Shown here in pieces: positions 19,391 to 28,689 of a stretch of DNA of 64,000 bases (positions are counted from its first letter, which is position 1; every line of letters starts with the position of its first letter). A model generated the notes under the pieces. The model ran no database searches. It had not been told where the DNA came from and was given only the letters and a program-made list of their open reading frames with translations. Location: NCBI GenBank assembly GCA_036382775.1, contig DASVHD010000028.1:6306-70305 (forward strand). The letters are read 5' to 3'. The DNA is from a bacterium. Its GTDB lineage: Bacteria > Hydrothermota > Tepidihabitantia > SM23-42 > JAOAFX01. Position numbers and translations under genes: made by a program.

Positions 19391-21045
19391 CGGCGCCTGC
19401 CTTTCTGCATGATCTCGGCCGCATGCTCGAGGGTTTTTTTCGTGATCTCTTTCCCGCCCAGCATCCGCGCGATCTCGGCGGTGCGCATATCGCCGTCCAG
19501 CTTCACGATCCGGACAAATGTCTCTTTTGTCTTTGTTTCCTTCTGGACGGCGTAATGGGTATCGGCGTACATGGAGATCTGCGGCAAATGGGTGACGCAG
19601 ATGATCTGGTGCGTTTTGCTGGCCTGGGACAGCAGTTCGCCCACCGCTTCGGCGATCCGGCCTCCGATCCCGGTATCGACCTCGTCGAATATGACCGTCG
19701 GGATGCCGTCCGCCGCCGACAGGATCGTCTTTAAGCCCAGTGTAATGCGCGAGATCTCGCCGCCGGAACCGATCTTCCGCAAAGGCTTCAATTCTTCTCC
19801 GGGATTGGTCGATATGTAGAATTCCACTTCATCCTTCCCGTCTTCGTCCATATCCTTGCCGGTAAAATAAAACGCGCACTGCGCTTTTTCCATGCCCAGG
19901 TGATGCAGGACATCACCGATCTTCTTTTCCAGTGCCCGGGCAGCTGTTTTGCGCTTCTGCGAGAGTTTCTCCTGCAGTTTTATGAGCCTTGATTTTTTTT
20001 CCGCGGTTTGCTGATTCAGGGACTGGATCGCTTCGTCATAATTTTCGATCGCCGCCAGTTCTTGCCGCGAGATCTCAGCATAGGCCTGGATGTCAGCGAT
20101 CGATTGACCGAACCTTTTCTTTAACCTGGTGATCGTCTCCAGCCTGCCCAGAACGTATTCCAGACGTTCTGCGGAAAAATCGATCTTCTGCTGATACTCG
20201 CATATCTCCCGGTAAACATCATCGGCAAGCGTTGATAACGATTCCATCTTCTTTGCGAACTCATTGAGCCGTGGGTCGAGCTGGCACAGATCGCCGGCCA
20301 GTTTCTTGATCCTGGCCGCAGTGCCATAGAGATTTTCATCCCCTTCGTAAAGCAGACCCAGGATCTCGGCTGACAGCTTTGACCTTTTTTCACCGCTGGC
20401 CAGGAGGCTTTTCTCGAGCAGCAGGTTTTCTTCCTCGTCCGCGCGCAGGTTTGCCTTCTCGATCTCATTGATGTCATGGCGCAGTATTTCCAGGCGATCG
20501 CCCTTTACCTTTGCCGCCGCGGTCAGGTCCGTGAGCTGCTGCAGCAGCTCGCGGTAATTTTGAAAAAGCGTTCGGCATTCAGTTAACGGTTCATCAAACC
20601 CGGCATAATGGTCCAGCAGAAGCAGGTGATTGTGGGGGGAAAATAGCGATTGATTTTCATACTGACCTACCAGGTCAATGATCTTCTTCGCCGCATCCTT
20701 GAGCAATCCGATGCTGACGACATGATCGTTCACATATGACTGTTGTTTCTTGCCCCGTTCCGAGCGGCGGCGGATAACAAGATCATCACCGGCTTCGATG
20801 CCGGATGCCTTTAAAAGTTCGCGCGCCGGTTCGGGAGGTTCAAAGATCCCTGATATTTCTACAAAATCCTTACCGCTACGGATCGACAGGTCTTCGATCT
20901 TCTCTCCGCATAACGCGGCGATCGCCTCTACGACCATTGATTTACCGGCGCCGGTTTCGCCCGTGATTACGGTAAGCCCCGGCTCAAAATCGATGGCTTG
21001 ATCATCCATGAGCGCGAAATTCTTTATATGAATGTGCTTAAGCAT
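19387..21045 (-). CDS. recN: DNA repair protein RecN
   Basis: MLKHIHIKNFAL...LTVITGETGAGKSM Walker A; long coiled-coil; C-terminal SMC-like signature/Walker B (VIFDEVDTGIGG). Confidence 0.9.
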   Translation of the reverse strand: MLKHIHIKNFALMDDQAIDFEPGLTVITGETGAGKSMVVEAIAALCGEKIEDLSIRSGKDFVEISGIFEPPEPARELLKASGIEAGDDLVIRRRSERGKKQQSYVNDHVVSIGLLKDAAKKIIDLVGQYENQSLFSPHNHLLLLDHYAGFDEPLTECRTLFQNYRELLQQLTDLTAAAKVKGDRLEILRHDINEIEKANLRADEEENLLLEKSLLASGEKRSKLSAEILGLLYEGDENLYGTAARIKKLAGDLCQLDPRLNEFAKKMESLSTLADDVYREICEYQQKIDFSAERLEYVLGRLETITRLKKRFGQSIADIQAYAEISRQELAAIENYDEAIQSLNQQTAEKKSRLIKLQEKLSQKRKTAARALEKKIGDVLHHLGMEKAQCAFYFTGKDMDEDGKDEVEFYISTNPGEELKPLRKIGSGGEISRITLGLKTILSAADGIPTVIFDEVDTGIGGRIAEAVGELLSQASKTHQIICVTHLPQISMYADTHYAVQKETKTKETFVRIVKLDGDMRTAEIARMLGGKEITKKTLEHAAEIMQKGRRR

Positions 21046-21826
21046 CCTCTCGACCGCCCCATTTCATTTTTTCTTTCAGCGTCTTGAAGAACGTCGCCTG
21101 CAGCGGTTTGATCAATCTTATGCAGTAATCCGCTTTTTCGAACCTTATGCGCTGGCCATTGCGGATCCGCCGCCGGCGCTGGCCGTCGGCGACAAGGATC
21201 GCCTTGCCTTTCTGACCGATCTCAATGTCCACCTTGCTGCGGGCAGGCAAGACCAGGGGCCGCACTGACAGAGTATGGGGCGCGATCGGCGTGAGCACGA
21301 TGCCCTCCGTGTGCGGCAGCAGGATGGGTCCGCCGGTCGCCAGCGAATAAGCAGTCGAACCGGTCGGGCTCGCGATTATTATGCCGTCGGCGACAAAACG
21401 GCACATGTATTCGCCGTCGATGGTCGCGGAGAACTCCACCACCCGTCCTGGTACTGAGGTGCTGATCGTGAGTTCATTGAGGGCGTACAGGACCGTTTTG
21501 CCGTAGGTAGCCTGGATGACCATGCGCTTTTCAAAACGGTATCGTCCGTGCTGCACGGCGTTAAGGATCACCGGCAGCTGCGCTATGGTCACGTCCGTTA
21601 GAAATCCCAGAGCTCCCAGATTGACACCCAGGATCGGAATCCCCCGTTTGCCGCTGCTTGCAGCTGCTGCCAGGAGTGTCCCGTCGCCGCCCAGGGCGAT
21701 AATGAAATCGGGGTGCTCCGAAAATTTGAATCCTTTTTTTGCCAGCAGACGTCTAACCACGGCAGCAACACGTCGTGCCACTGGTTTTTTCTTATTAAAG
21801 ATTATCTTAATCTTTTCCATGATCAC
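21038..21826 (-). CDS. nadK: NAD(+) kinase
   Basis: GGDGTLL motif, NLGALGFLTD, 262 aa. Confidence 0.85.
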   Translation of the reverse strand: MIMEKIKIIFNKKKPVARRVAAVVRRLLAKKGFKFSEHPDFIIALGGDGTLLAAAASSGKRGIPILGVNLGALGFLTDVTIAQLPVILNAVQHGRYRFEKRMVIQATYGKTVLYALNELTISTSVPGRVVEFSATIDGEYMCRFVADGIIIASPTGSTAYSLATGGPILLPHTEGIVLTPIAPHTLSVRPLVLPARSKVDIEIGQKGKAILVADGQRRRRIRNGQRIRFEKADYCIRLIKPLQATFFKTLKEKMKWGGREDA

Positions 21827-22635
21827 GCTCTCTTTAAAAACAAATAACGTACCCGTCCGAACTGGTCATTTTTAAACTCGTGCCGAAACCGCGCCGGGTC
21901 AATGATCTTGTCCAGCAGTTCGGCCTGATCTTCGTCGATCTCGATCGCCATTATGCCGCGCGCCGCGAGCAGGTGCATGCCCGCGTCGATCAGGGCGCGG
22001 ATAAACCCGGTTCCGCAAGTCCCGCCGCCATCGATCGCTTTAAGCGGTTCAAATTCCTTGACGCTCCGGGGCAGGGATCCCAGGCGTTCGGAGGGCACGT
22101 ATGGGGGATTTGACACGATCAGATCGAACGCCGTATTTAAAGCATTCAACATGTCGGTCTGCACCAGCGAGACCCGTTCGCTCACTCCGTATGAAAAACA
22201 GTTGATGCGCGCCGAGTCCAATGCCCGCCGGGAAATATCAGTGGCGATAACTTGGACGCCGGGATACTGCCGGGCCAGGCTTATCGCCAGGGCACCGCAG
22301 CCGGTGCCGATGTCGAGGATTTTTAAAGGCTGGTCCGGCACATATTGTCCGATCAAGGTAACGAAATATTCGGTCTCCAGGCGGGGAATAAATACACCGG
22401 GGGCGATATGCAGGGACAGGTCCATGAACTGTACCCTCTTGGTGAGGTATTCCAGCGGCACGCCGCGTTTGAATTGTTCCAGCCGCACGTGCAGTAAGAA
22501 CTCGGCGTCGTCATCAAGCCGGTCGCGGAAATACATTTCAAATCGGGGTTGGTCTAATAGCGAAGCCACGACCATTTCCGCTTCGGACCGCGATATATTA
22601 AGCTCGCTACTGACTTTCCTGATCAGTTCTTTCAT
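21823..22635 (-). CDS. prmC: release factor glutamine N5-methyltransferase
   Basis: IVSNPPYVP (NPPY) motif; SAM motif [12 protein letters not shown]; immediately downstream of prfA. Confidence 0.85.
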   Translation of the reverse strand: MKELIRKVSSELNISRSEAEMVVASLLDQPRFEMYFRDRLDDDAEFLLHVRLEQFKRGVPLEYLTKRVQFMDLSLHIAPGVFIPRLETEYFVTLIGQYVPDQPLKILDIGTGCGALAISLARQYPGVQVIATDISRRALDSARINCFSYGVSERVSLVQTDMLNALNTAFDLIVSNPPYVPSERLGSLPRSVKEFEPLKAIDGGGTCGTGFIRALIDAGMHLLAARGIMAIEIDEDQAELLDKIIDPARFRHEFKNDQFGRVRYLFLKRA

Positions 22636-23671
22636 ACTGCTCCAGCGCGGCGATCAGTTCATCGAGATGGCCTTCCATTATCGTTTGCAGATTGTAAAGG
22701 CTCAAACCGATCCGGTGATCGGTCAGGCGGTTTTGGGGAAAATTGTACGTCCTGATCTTCTCGCTCCGGTCACCCGAGCCGATCTGCTTTCGCCGCTGCG
22801 AAGTCACGGCCTTATCTCTTTTTTCCTCCTCGATCGCAGCCAGCCGCGCCCGTAATATCTTCATGGCTTTTTCGCGGTTCTTATGCTGGGATCGCTCATC
22901 CTGGCAGGTCACGACCAACCCGGTCGGCATATGCGTTATCCTTACCGCCGACGAGACCTTGTTGACGTTCTGACCGCCGTGACCACCAGCCCGAAAAGTG
23001 TCGATCCTCAGGTCGTCGGGATTGATGTTGACCTGGGATTCTTCAATCTCGGGCAACACGGCAACGGTCACGGTCGAAGTGTGAATGCGGCCGCTCGCTT
23101 CGGTCACCGGGACCCGCTGCACGCGGTGCACGCCCATTTCATATCGGAACAATCCGAACGAACCTTCACCCTCAACGGCGAATATGATCTCCTTGTAACC
23201 ACCGACTTCGCTCGTATGGGACGACAGCACGTCACATTTCAAATGCTTGCTTTCTATGAATTTCGTGTACAACCTGAAAAGATCGGCGGCAAATAAGGAA
23301 GCTTCGTTGCCGCCGGCGCCCGCCCGGATCTCAACAATGCAGTCACGCTGGTATTCTTCATAAAAAGGATTGGAAAGGTCGGTGATCTCGGTTGCGAGCT
23401 CCTGCAGGCGGTTTTTCAGATTATTGATCTCTTCTTCCGCCAGCGCCCGTAACTCCGCGTCATTCTGGTCGAGGATCTCCTGAGCTTGCATCATATGCTG
23501 ATTGATGGCGTCCTGTTCGTTGTATTTCTGAAGAATATACTGCAGCTTTTTATATTCCCGCGATAGCGCCGCATATTCCTTGGAATTCTTCAACACGTCC
23601 GGTTTTGAAAGCAATGTCCCGAGTTCCTCGAATCTTTCTATTTTCCGGCTTCGTTCATTATACAAATTCAT
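22607..23671 (-). CDS. prfA: peptide chain release factor 1
   Basis: GGQNVNKV motif; RF1-type PVT tripeptide ([17 protein letters not shown]); 354 aa. Confidence 0.9.
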   Translation of the reverse strand: MNLYNERSRKIERFEELGTLLSKPDVLKNSKEYAALSREYKKLQYILQKYNEQDAINQHMMQAQEILDQNDAELRALAEEEINNLKNRLQELATEITDLSNPFYEEYQRDCIVEIRAGAGGNEASLFAADLFRLYTKFIESKHLKCDVLSSHTSEVGGYKEIIFAVEGEGSFGLFRYEMGVHRVQRVPVTEASGRIHTSTVTVAVLPEIEESQVNINPDDLRIDTFRAGGHGGQNVNKVSSAVRITHMPTGLVVTCQDERSQHKNREKAMKILRARLAAIEEEKRDKAVTSQRRKQIGSGDRSEKIRTYNFPQNRLTDHRIGLSLYNLQTIMEGHLDELIAALEQYERTDQESQ

Positions 23672-23753
23672 ATGAGCAGGGATTAATACGGTGGTCCAAT
23701 ACGGATTATGGTGATGATCCTAGAGCATGTTCGGTCGCAGCCGCGGCTGTCTT

Positions 23754-24386
23754 TTACAGTTTTTCGAATTTCTCCTTCAATGCGATATAACGCAGATAGT
23801 CATCAAGATCGCTGACACCGCGGATCACCATACTGTTTTCCTTAACCGTGACCAATCCAACTTGTGCCAGCTTGTTCACGTAATCTTGTACTTTTGTGTC
23901 ATCGATACCGGTGGTCTGGACCATATTTTCGACGCTGAACGGGCTGATCTCGATGCCGCCGTCTACCGTTTTCCCGGTTTCCTTCGCCTTAGTTATGATA
24001 TATGCGACAACCCGGCGTTCTTCGCTCTTGATGGTCAAAAGCTTTATCTGTTCGTCAGTGTTGCGCAAACGCTTGGTCAGGGTCTCCAGGACATATTCAA
24101 TGAGCGGGTTTTCCCTGATCTTTGCCTTAAAAGTCTCTTTGTCGATCACCAGCAATGATGTGGGAGCGACGGCAACGGCATGGGCGGAACGGGGCGACCC
24201 GTCAATGATCGCCATCTCGCCGAAGAAATCGCCGTCCTTCAGGATCGCCAGGACTTTCTCATCGACGCCTTTACCCTTCGAGATCTTTATTTTCCCTTCC
24301 CTGATCAAGTACATCGCGTCACCTTTATCTCCCTCATTAAATAGAACTTCACCCATATTTAGTTTCTTTTCCATTCCTTCAACCAT
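23754..24386 (-). CDS. Crp/Fnr family transcriptional regulator
   Basis: cNMP-binding domain (LKDGDFFGEMAIIDGSPRSAHAVAV) + C-terminal HTH. Confidence 0.8.
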   Translation of the reverse strand: MVEGMEKKLNMGEVLFNEGDKGDAMYLIREGKIKISKGKGVDEKVLAILKDGDFFGEMAIIDGSPRSAHAVAVAPTSLLVIDKETFKAKIRENPLIEYVLETLTKRLRNTDEQIKLLTIKSEERRVVAYIITKAKETGKTVDGGIEISPFSVENMVQTTGIDDTKVQDYVNKLAQVGLVTVKENSMVIRGVSDLDDYLRYIALKEKFEKL

Positions 24387-24950
24387 GTGCGTCCTCCTTC
24401 ATAAATGTCCCTGATTCTATCATAATATTATAGAAAAATCCTGCAAAGTCAACAGTGTCGTTTTCTACGTTTTTTTTAAATATTACTTTAAAACATCACG
24501 CGAAAAAATCGAAAAAACTTAGCTGCCGGGCTACCACCTTCATGTCAGGGTAAAATTGAACAGCCTTGCGACCCAACCCTGCACGCACTGATTGCGTTGC
24601 CTTACGCGCGTCGATTATGATTCTATTGTCGGGCGATCAGTATTTAGAAAAACGTCAATTTCGGAAAAAATTCAATCGCTGTTATCTACTCATAGGAACC
24701 GAATATACGAATTTTGACAATGTAAGTTGCCCGATCATTGTCGGTATGCGGATAATCAATCGAAGTTCTAAAAGATGCACACTCTTTCCTGCTAACACCG
24801 ACACCACTAAATCGCAGTATATCCGATTGTCCAAAAAGGACATATCCCCCAGCATTGTTTTTATATGTGCGAATATAAATACTATCAATAACGAGATCGA
24901 ATGTTATCCCACTGGATCCGTTGGTAATTCCTAAATCTATGATAGCCACT

Positions 24951-25754
24951 TTATAAAGTGCCGTCTGACAGGATCTTAGCTTCCCGCGTGGCGAACCATT
25001 GAAAACAACTGTGAATAGCCGAGATAGTTGCAGACCCCGAATAGTCAAATGCCTTTGCGCAAATGAATTTTGCACCCGGTGCTACGCCGATATCGTCGGC
25101 CATTGGTCCTGTTCCATCGCCGCCACAGATTATCCCCGTCGTGAATAAACCATGCCCCTGATCATCGTAAGGGTAAGGATATCCGTAGACTGCGTCAAAC
25201 CAACCGCCGATGATCCATTTTCCCTTGACAGAAACATGAGAAGTATCAACGCCGCTGTCTAAAGTACCTATAATGATGTTAGTACCCGTATAACCTTCCA
25301 GCCAGCATGAATCCGCTTTGATCTTGCTGATATTCCATTCCGGTGTCCTTACGCCCTCGACTGGCGTGTATGTGTTGTCATCGTCAAGGTAGATTTTGTC
25401 ATTGAGTGTTACGAATGCGACATCTTCACGTTCAGCCATCATTTCAATTATAGTTCTGGTGGCTTTCATTGATAATCCATTGAATATCCAAAAAGACTTG
25501 ATATCCTCGACCTGGTCAGAAAACGCGGCAAGGTAGTTTAATATATCTTCCTGACATGTTTGCGCATGATCTTGTAGCAATTTGACTTTCATCGCGGTGG
25601 CGAGATTGACAGGAGCCTGAGAAAACATCATCTGGTTTTTCATGTGCACGATAATATCGATCTTTTGATGTTCATCCATGCACGACAGTTTTTCCAATAA
25701 ATCAGGATGTATAGTTGATAACATAATCAGGCTAAAAACATAAATTGTATACAT
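24951..25754 (-). pseudogene. subtilisin-like (S8) serine protease, N-terminal fragment (signal + I9 propeptide + Asp and His catalytic motifs; Asn/Ser region missing)
   Basis: IGTLDSGVDTSH (Asp box), DDQGHGLFTTGIICG (His box), GVAPGAKFICAKAFD..; ORF stops ~100 aa before expected GTSMA Ser motif; downstream overlapping frame (24686..25075) lacks S8 motifs; 3' flank AT-rich. Confidence 0.45.
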
Positions 25755-25922
25755 TTATTGCCTTTTGACGTTATATCGTCGATCTTTATATTTGTCAAGG
25801 GTTTATTATACTGACTTGCTACCGTTTTTCAGTTTGATACTAAGTATATCCTCATCATCAAATGAGGATGGTTATTATAGAATGACCAAATAATTAGTTG
25901 ATAGAAACAAGTATGTTTTCTA

Positions 25923-25951
25923 TTGACATTTACCCCCGCCTGGGTATAATA
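25923..25951 (+). promoter_or_regulatory. near-consensus sigma70 promoter TTGACA-17-TATAAT for the oxidoreductase operon
   Basis: TTGACA 25923-25928, TATAAT 25946-25951; ~130 nt upstream of the delta-subunit start. Confidence 0.5.
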
Positions 25952-26085
25952 ACAAGATCCAGCATGTCCATTATACGATTTCAAACCGGCAGTTTACAAT
26001 CAACTTCACATGAACATAACAATACAATTGAAATAGCGCAGAGTTGTCCAACTGCGATCAATACGGGTCGATCCAAGGAGGATTA

Positions 26086-26295
26086 ATGCCCGAAGCGAAA
26101 TTTTTGGAAGATATCTGCAAAGGTTGTGGTCTTTGTTGTGATGATATCTGTCCGGTGAAGATCCTGAGATTGTCGCCCGACCGGATAAATTCAAGCGGTT
26201 ATCACCCGGCTGAAGTGACTGACATGAGCAAGTGCATCGGATGCGGATACTGTTACATTGTATGCCCTGAACCGGCGGTCGAGGTATATAAGTGA
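26086..26295 (+). CDS. 2-oxoacid:ferredoxin oxidoreductase delta subunit (2x[4Fe-4S] ferredoxin)
   Basis: two CxxCxxCxxxCP motifs; AGGAGG SD 8 nt before ATG 26086 (the track's longer ORF starting at 26044 is probably an over-extension). Confidence 0.75.
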   Translation: MPEAKFLEDICKGCGLCCDDICPVKILRLSPDRINSSGYHPAEVTDMSKCIGCGYCYIVCPEPAVEVYK

Positions 26296-26329
26296 ACCCT
26301 AACCTAATTCCCATTCTTTAGGAGGCACA

Positions 26330-27397
26330 GTGGCAGCAAAAGAATTGATGTACGGTAATCATGCGATCGTGGAAGGGGTCATCGCGGCGGGCTGCCGGTT
26401 CTTTGCCGGTTATCCCATAACCCCCCAGAATGAAGTCCCCGAATACATGTCGATCCGCATGAATGAAGTCGGCGGTGTATTTCTGCAAACGGAAAGCGAA
26501 CTCGCGGCGATCAATATGCTGTTCGGAGCAGCCGCAACCGGCGCGCGCGTCATGACCTCGTCGTCGTCGCCGGGTATCAGCTTGATGCAAGAGGGTCTGT
26601 CCTATATCGCCGGTTCTGACATCCCGGTCCTGGTCGTCAATGTTGTGCGCGGCGGTCCTGGTCTGGGCAATATCGCGCCTGCGCAATCGGATTATTTCCA
26701 ATCGACCAGGGGCGGCGGACACGGCGATTATTACACGATCGTCCTGGCACCCAATTCAGCCCAGGAACTGTTCGAGTTCCCCAAACTGGCGTTTGAGCTG
26801 GCCGAGAAATACCGCGTGCCCGCGGTCATTCTTGCCGATGGATTGCTGGGGCAGATAATGGAACCGATCGTATTCAGCTTCAAGCCGGTTGATCCCAAGA
26901 ACCTTCCCCCTCAAGATTGGTGGCTTACCGGGTGCCAGGGTCGCGAACGCCGGGTCGTGCGTTCCTATGACCTGAAACCCGGCAAGCTCGAAGAATGGAA
27001 CTGGCGCCGCAATGAAAGGTTCCAGGCCATTATAAAGAACGAACAAAGGCATGAGGCGATCCAGTGTGACGACGCGGAAGTCGTGGTCGTCGCTTACGGC
27101 ACCTCGGCGCGGGTATCGGCTGCCGGCATTAAGATGGCGCGCGACAAAGGTATCAAAGCGGGCTTGTTCAGGCCGATCAGTCTATGGCCATTTCCGGCCG
27201 TCGCCCTGAATGCCATCGCGAAACGCGCTAAAAATATCCTGGTGGTCGAAATGAGCCTGGGCCAGATGATCGAGGATGTGAAACTGGCCATCGAATGCCG
27301 CGTACCCGTGTATTTCCACGGCCGGCCGGGCGGCGGCATACCCACGACCCAGGAGATCTGCGATAAACTGATCTCATTACCGCGGGGTGCGAAATGA
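26330..27397 (+). CDS. 2-oxoacid:ferredoxin oxidoreductase alpha subunit
   Basis: Por/Kor alpha N-terminal domain (YGNHAIVEGVIAAGCRFFAGYPITPQNE); GTG start with SD. Confidence 0.8.
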   Translation: MAAKELMYGNHAIVEGVIAAGCRFFAGYPITPQNEVPEYMSIRMNEVGGVFLQTESELAAINMLFGAAATGARVMTSSSSPGISLMQEGLSYIAGSDIPVLVVNVVRGGPGLGNIAPAQSDYFQSTRGGGHGDYYTIVLAPNSAQELFEFPKLAFELAEKYRVPAVILADGLLGQIMEPIVFSFKPVDPKNLPPQDWWLTGCQGRERRVVRSYDLKPGKLEEWNWRRNERFQAIIKNEQRHEAIQCDDAEVVVVAYGTSARVSAAGIKMARDKGIKAGLFRPISLWPFPAVALNAIAKRAKNILVVEMSLGQMIEDVKLAIECRVPVYFHGRPGGGIPTTQEICDKLISLPRGAK

Positions 27398-28146
27398 AGC
27401 CGATGTTCATACGTCCCAAGGGATTGACATCCGTCAACCAGCGCTACTGTCCCGGCTGTGGGCACGGCATCGTCCACCGGCTCATCGGTGAACTGCTGGT
27501 GGAAATGGATGTCCGGGAAAAAACCGTGGGCATTGCGCCGGTAGGCTGTTCGGTCTTTGCCGACGAATATTTCAACTGCGATATGATCCAGGTCCCGCAC
27601 GGCCGTGCCTGCGCGGTCGCCACCGGTATAAAACGCGCGCGGCCCGAGTGCTTTGTTTTCAGTTACCAGGGCGACGGCGACCTGGCGGCGATCGGCACTG
27701 CGGAAACCATCCATGCCGCAGCGCGCAACGAAAATATCAGCGTGATCTTCATCAATAACGCGATCTACGGCATGACCGGCGGCCAGCTTGCGCCGACGAC
27801 ACTGCCAGGCATGAAATCAACGACCTCGGTCAAGGGCAGGGATATCGCCAAACAGGGGTACCCCATCAAGGTTGTCGAGTTGATCAACGCGCTGGATGGA
27901 CCGATCTACCTGGAACGCACCACCGTGCACACGCCCAAGGACATCATCAAGACCAAGAAAGCCCTGAAGACCGCTTTCAATTATCAGCTTCAGAACAAGG
28001 GTTTTTCGCTCATCGAGGTCCTGTCAATGTGCCCCACGGGCTGGGGTGTTACGCCGGTCCAGGCAAAAAAATGGATCAACGATGTAATGATGAAATATTA
28101 TCCGGTCGGGGAAGTTCGGAACCGCGGTAAGGAGGAGAAGAAATGA
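27394..28146 (+). CDS. 2-oxoacid:ferredoxin oxidoreductase beta subunit (TPP-binding)
   Basis: CPGCGHG and GDGD..AIG TPP-binding motifs; 4-nt overlap with alpha. Confidence 0.8.
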   Translation: MKPMFIRPKGLTSVNQRYCPGCGHGIVHRLIGELLVEMDVREKTVGIAPVGCSVFADEYFNCDMIQVPHGRACAVATGIKRARPECFVFSYQGDGDLAAIGTAETIHAAARNENISVIFINNAIYGMTGGQLAPTTLPGMKSTTSVKGRDIAKQGYPIKVVELINALDGPIYLERTTVHTPKDIIKTKKALKTAFNYQLQNKGFSLIEVLSMCPTGWGVTPVQAKKWINDVMMKYYPVGEVRNRGKEEKK

Positions 28147-28679
28147 CCAGGGAAATAATCTTATCGGGATTCGGCGGCCAGGGGATCGTTTCGTCCGGCA
28201 TCATAATTGCCTATGCTGGCCTGCTCGAGAACAAGCACGTGACCTTCTTCCCCTCCTATGGCGCCGAAATGAGAGGCGGCACCGCCAACTGCTCGGTCGT
28301 TGTTGCCGATGAACCGATCGCGTCGCCGGTCGTAGCTAACCCCGACATCGTGCTTATCATGAACGAACCTTCGCTTTTGAAATTCGAACCCATGCTTAAA
28401 GCGAACGGATTGCTGTTCTTCAACCGCACGCTCATCAAATCCCAGCCGAAAAGGACCGACATCGAAGTGTTCGCCATCGACGCCAACGCGATCGCGGAAG
28501 AGCTCGGCACGGGACGCATCGCCAACATGGTAATGCTGGGTTCAATGGTCAAAAAGACCCAATTGCTGAAACTTGAGACGCTTTATAAGGCCCAGCGCAA
28601 AAGGTTCGGCCGGGCGACCGAAGAGCAGTTGAAATTGAACGAAAAAGCTTTGGCGAAGGGATATGAGTTAATTAAGTAA
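28143..28679 (+). CDS. 2-oxoacid:ferredoxin oxidoreductase gamma subunit
   Basis: ILSGFGGQGIVSSG...GAEMRGG gamma-subunit signature; 4-nt overlap with beta. Confidence 0.8.
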   Translation: MTREIILSGFGGQGIVSSGIIIAYAGLLENKHVTFFPSYGAEMRGGTANCSVVVADEPIASPVVANPDIVLIMNEPSLLKFEPMLKANGLLFFNRTLIKSQPKRTDIEVFAIDANAIAEELGTGRIANMVMLGSMVKKTQLLKLETLYKAQRKRFGRATEEQLKLNEKALAKGYELIK

Positions 28680-28689
28680 GATCCCCGTA

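Noticed and set aside
19375-22855. Plus-strand ORFs opposite recN/nadK/prmC/prfA (19375..19734, 21953..22855 etc.)
   Set aside because: Same reasoning: the opposite strand carries conserved, motif-bearing housekeeping genes and these ORFs have no motifs.
24686-25075. ORF 24686..25075 as the C-terminal continuation of the S8 protease after a frameshift
   Set aside because: Its translation lacks the oxyanion-hole Asn and GTSMA Ser motifs expected downstream of the His box, so a simple +/-1 frameshift does not restore a protease.
26044-26085. Longer delta-subunit ORF starting at 26044
   Set aside because: The internal ATG at 26086 has a perfect AGGAGG SD and yields the standard ~69-aa 2x[4Fe-4S] ferredoxin; the upstream extension lacks an SD.
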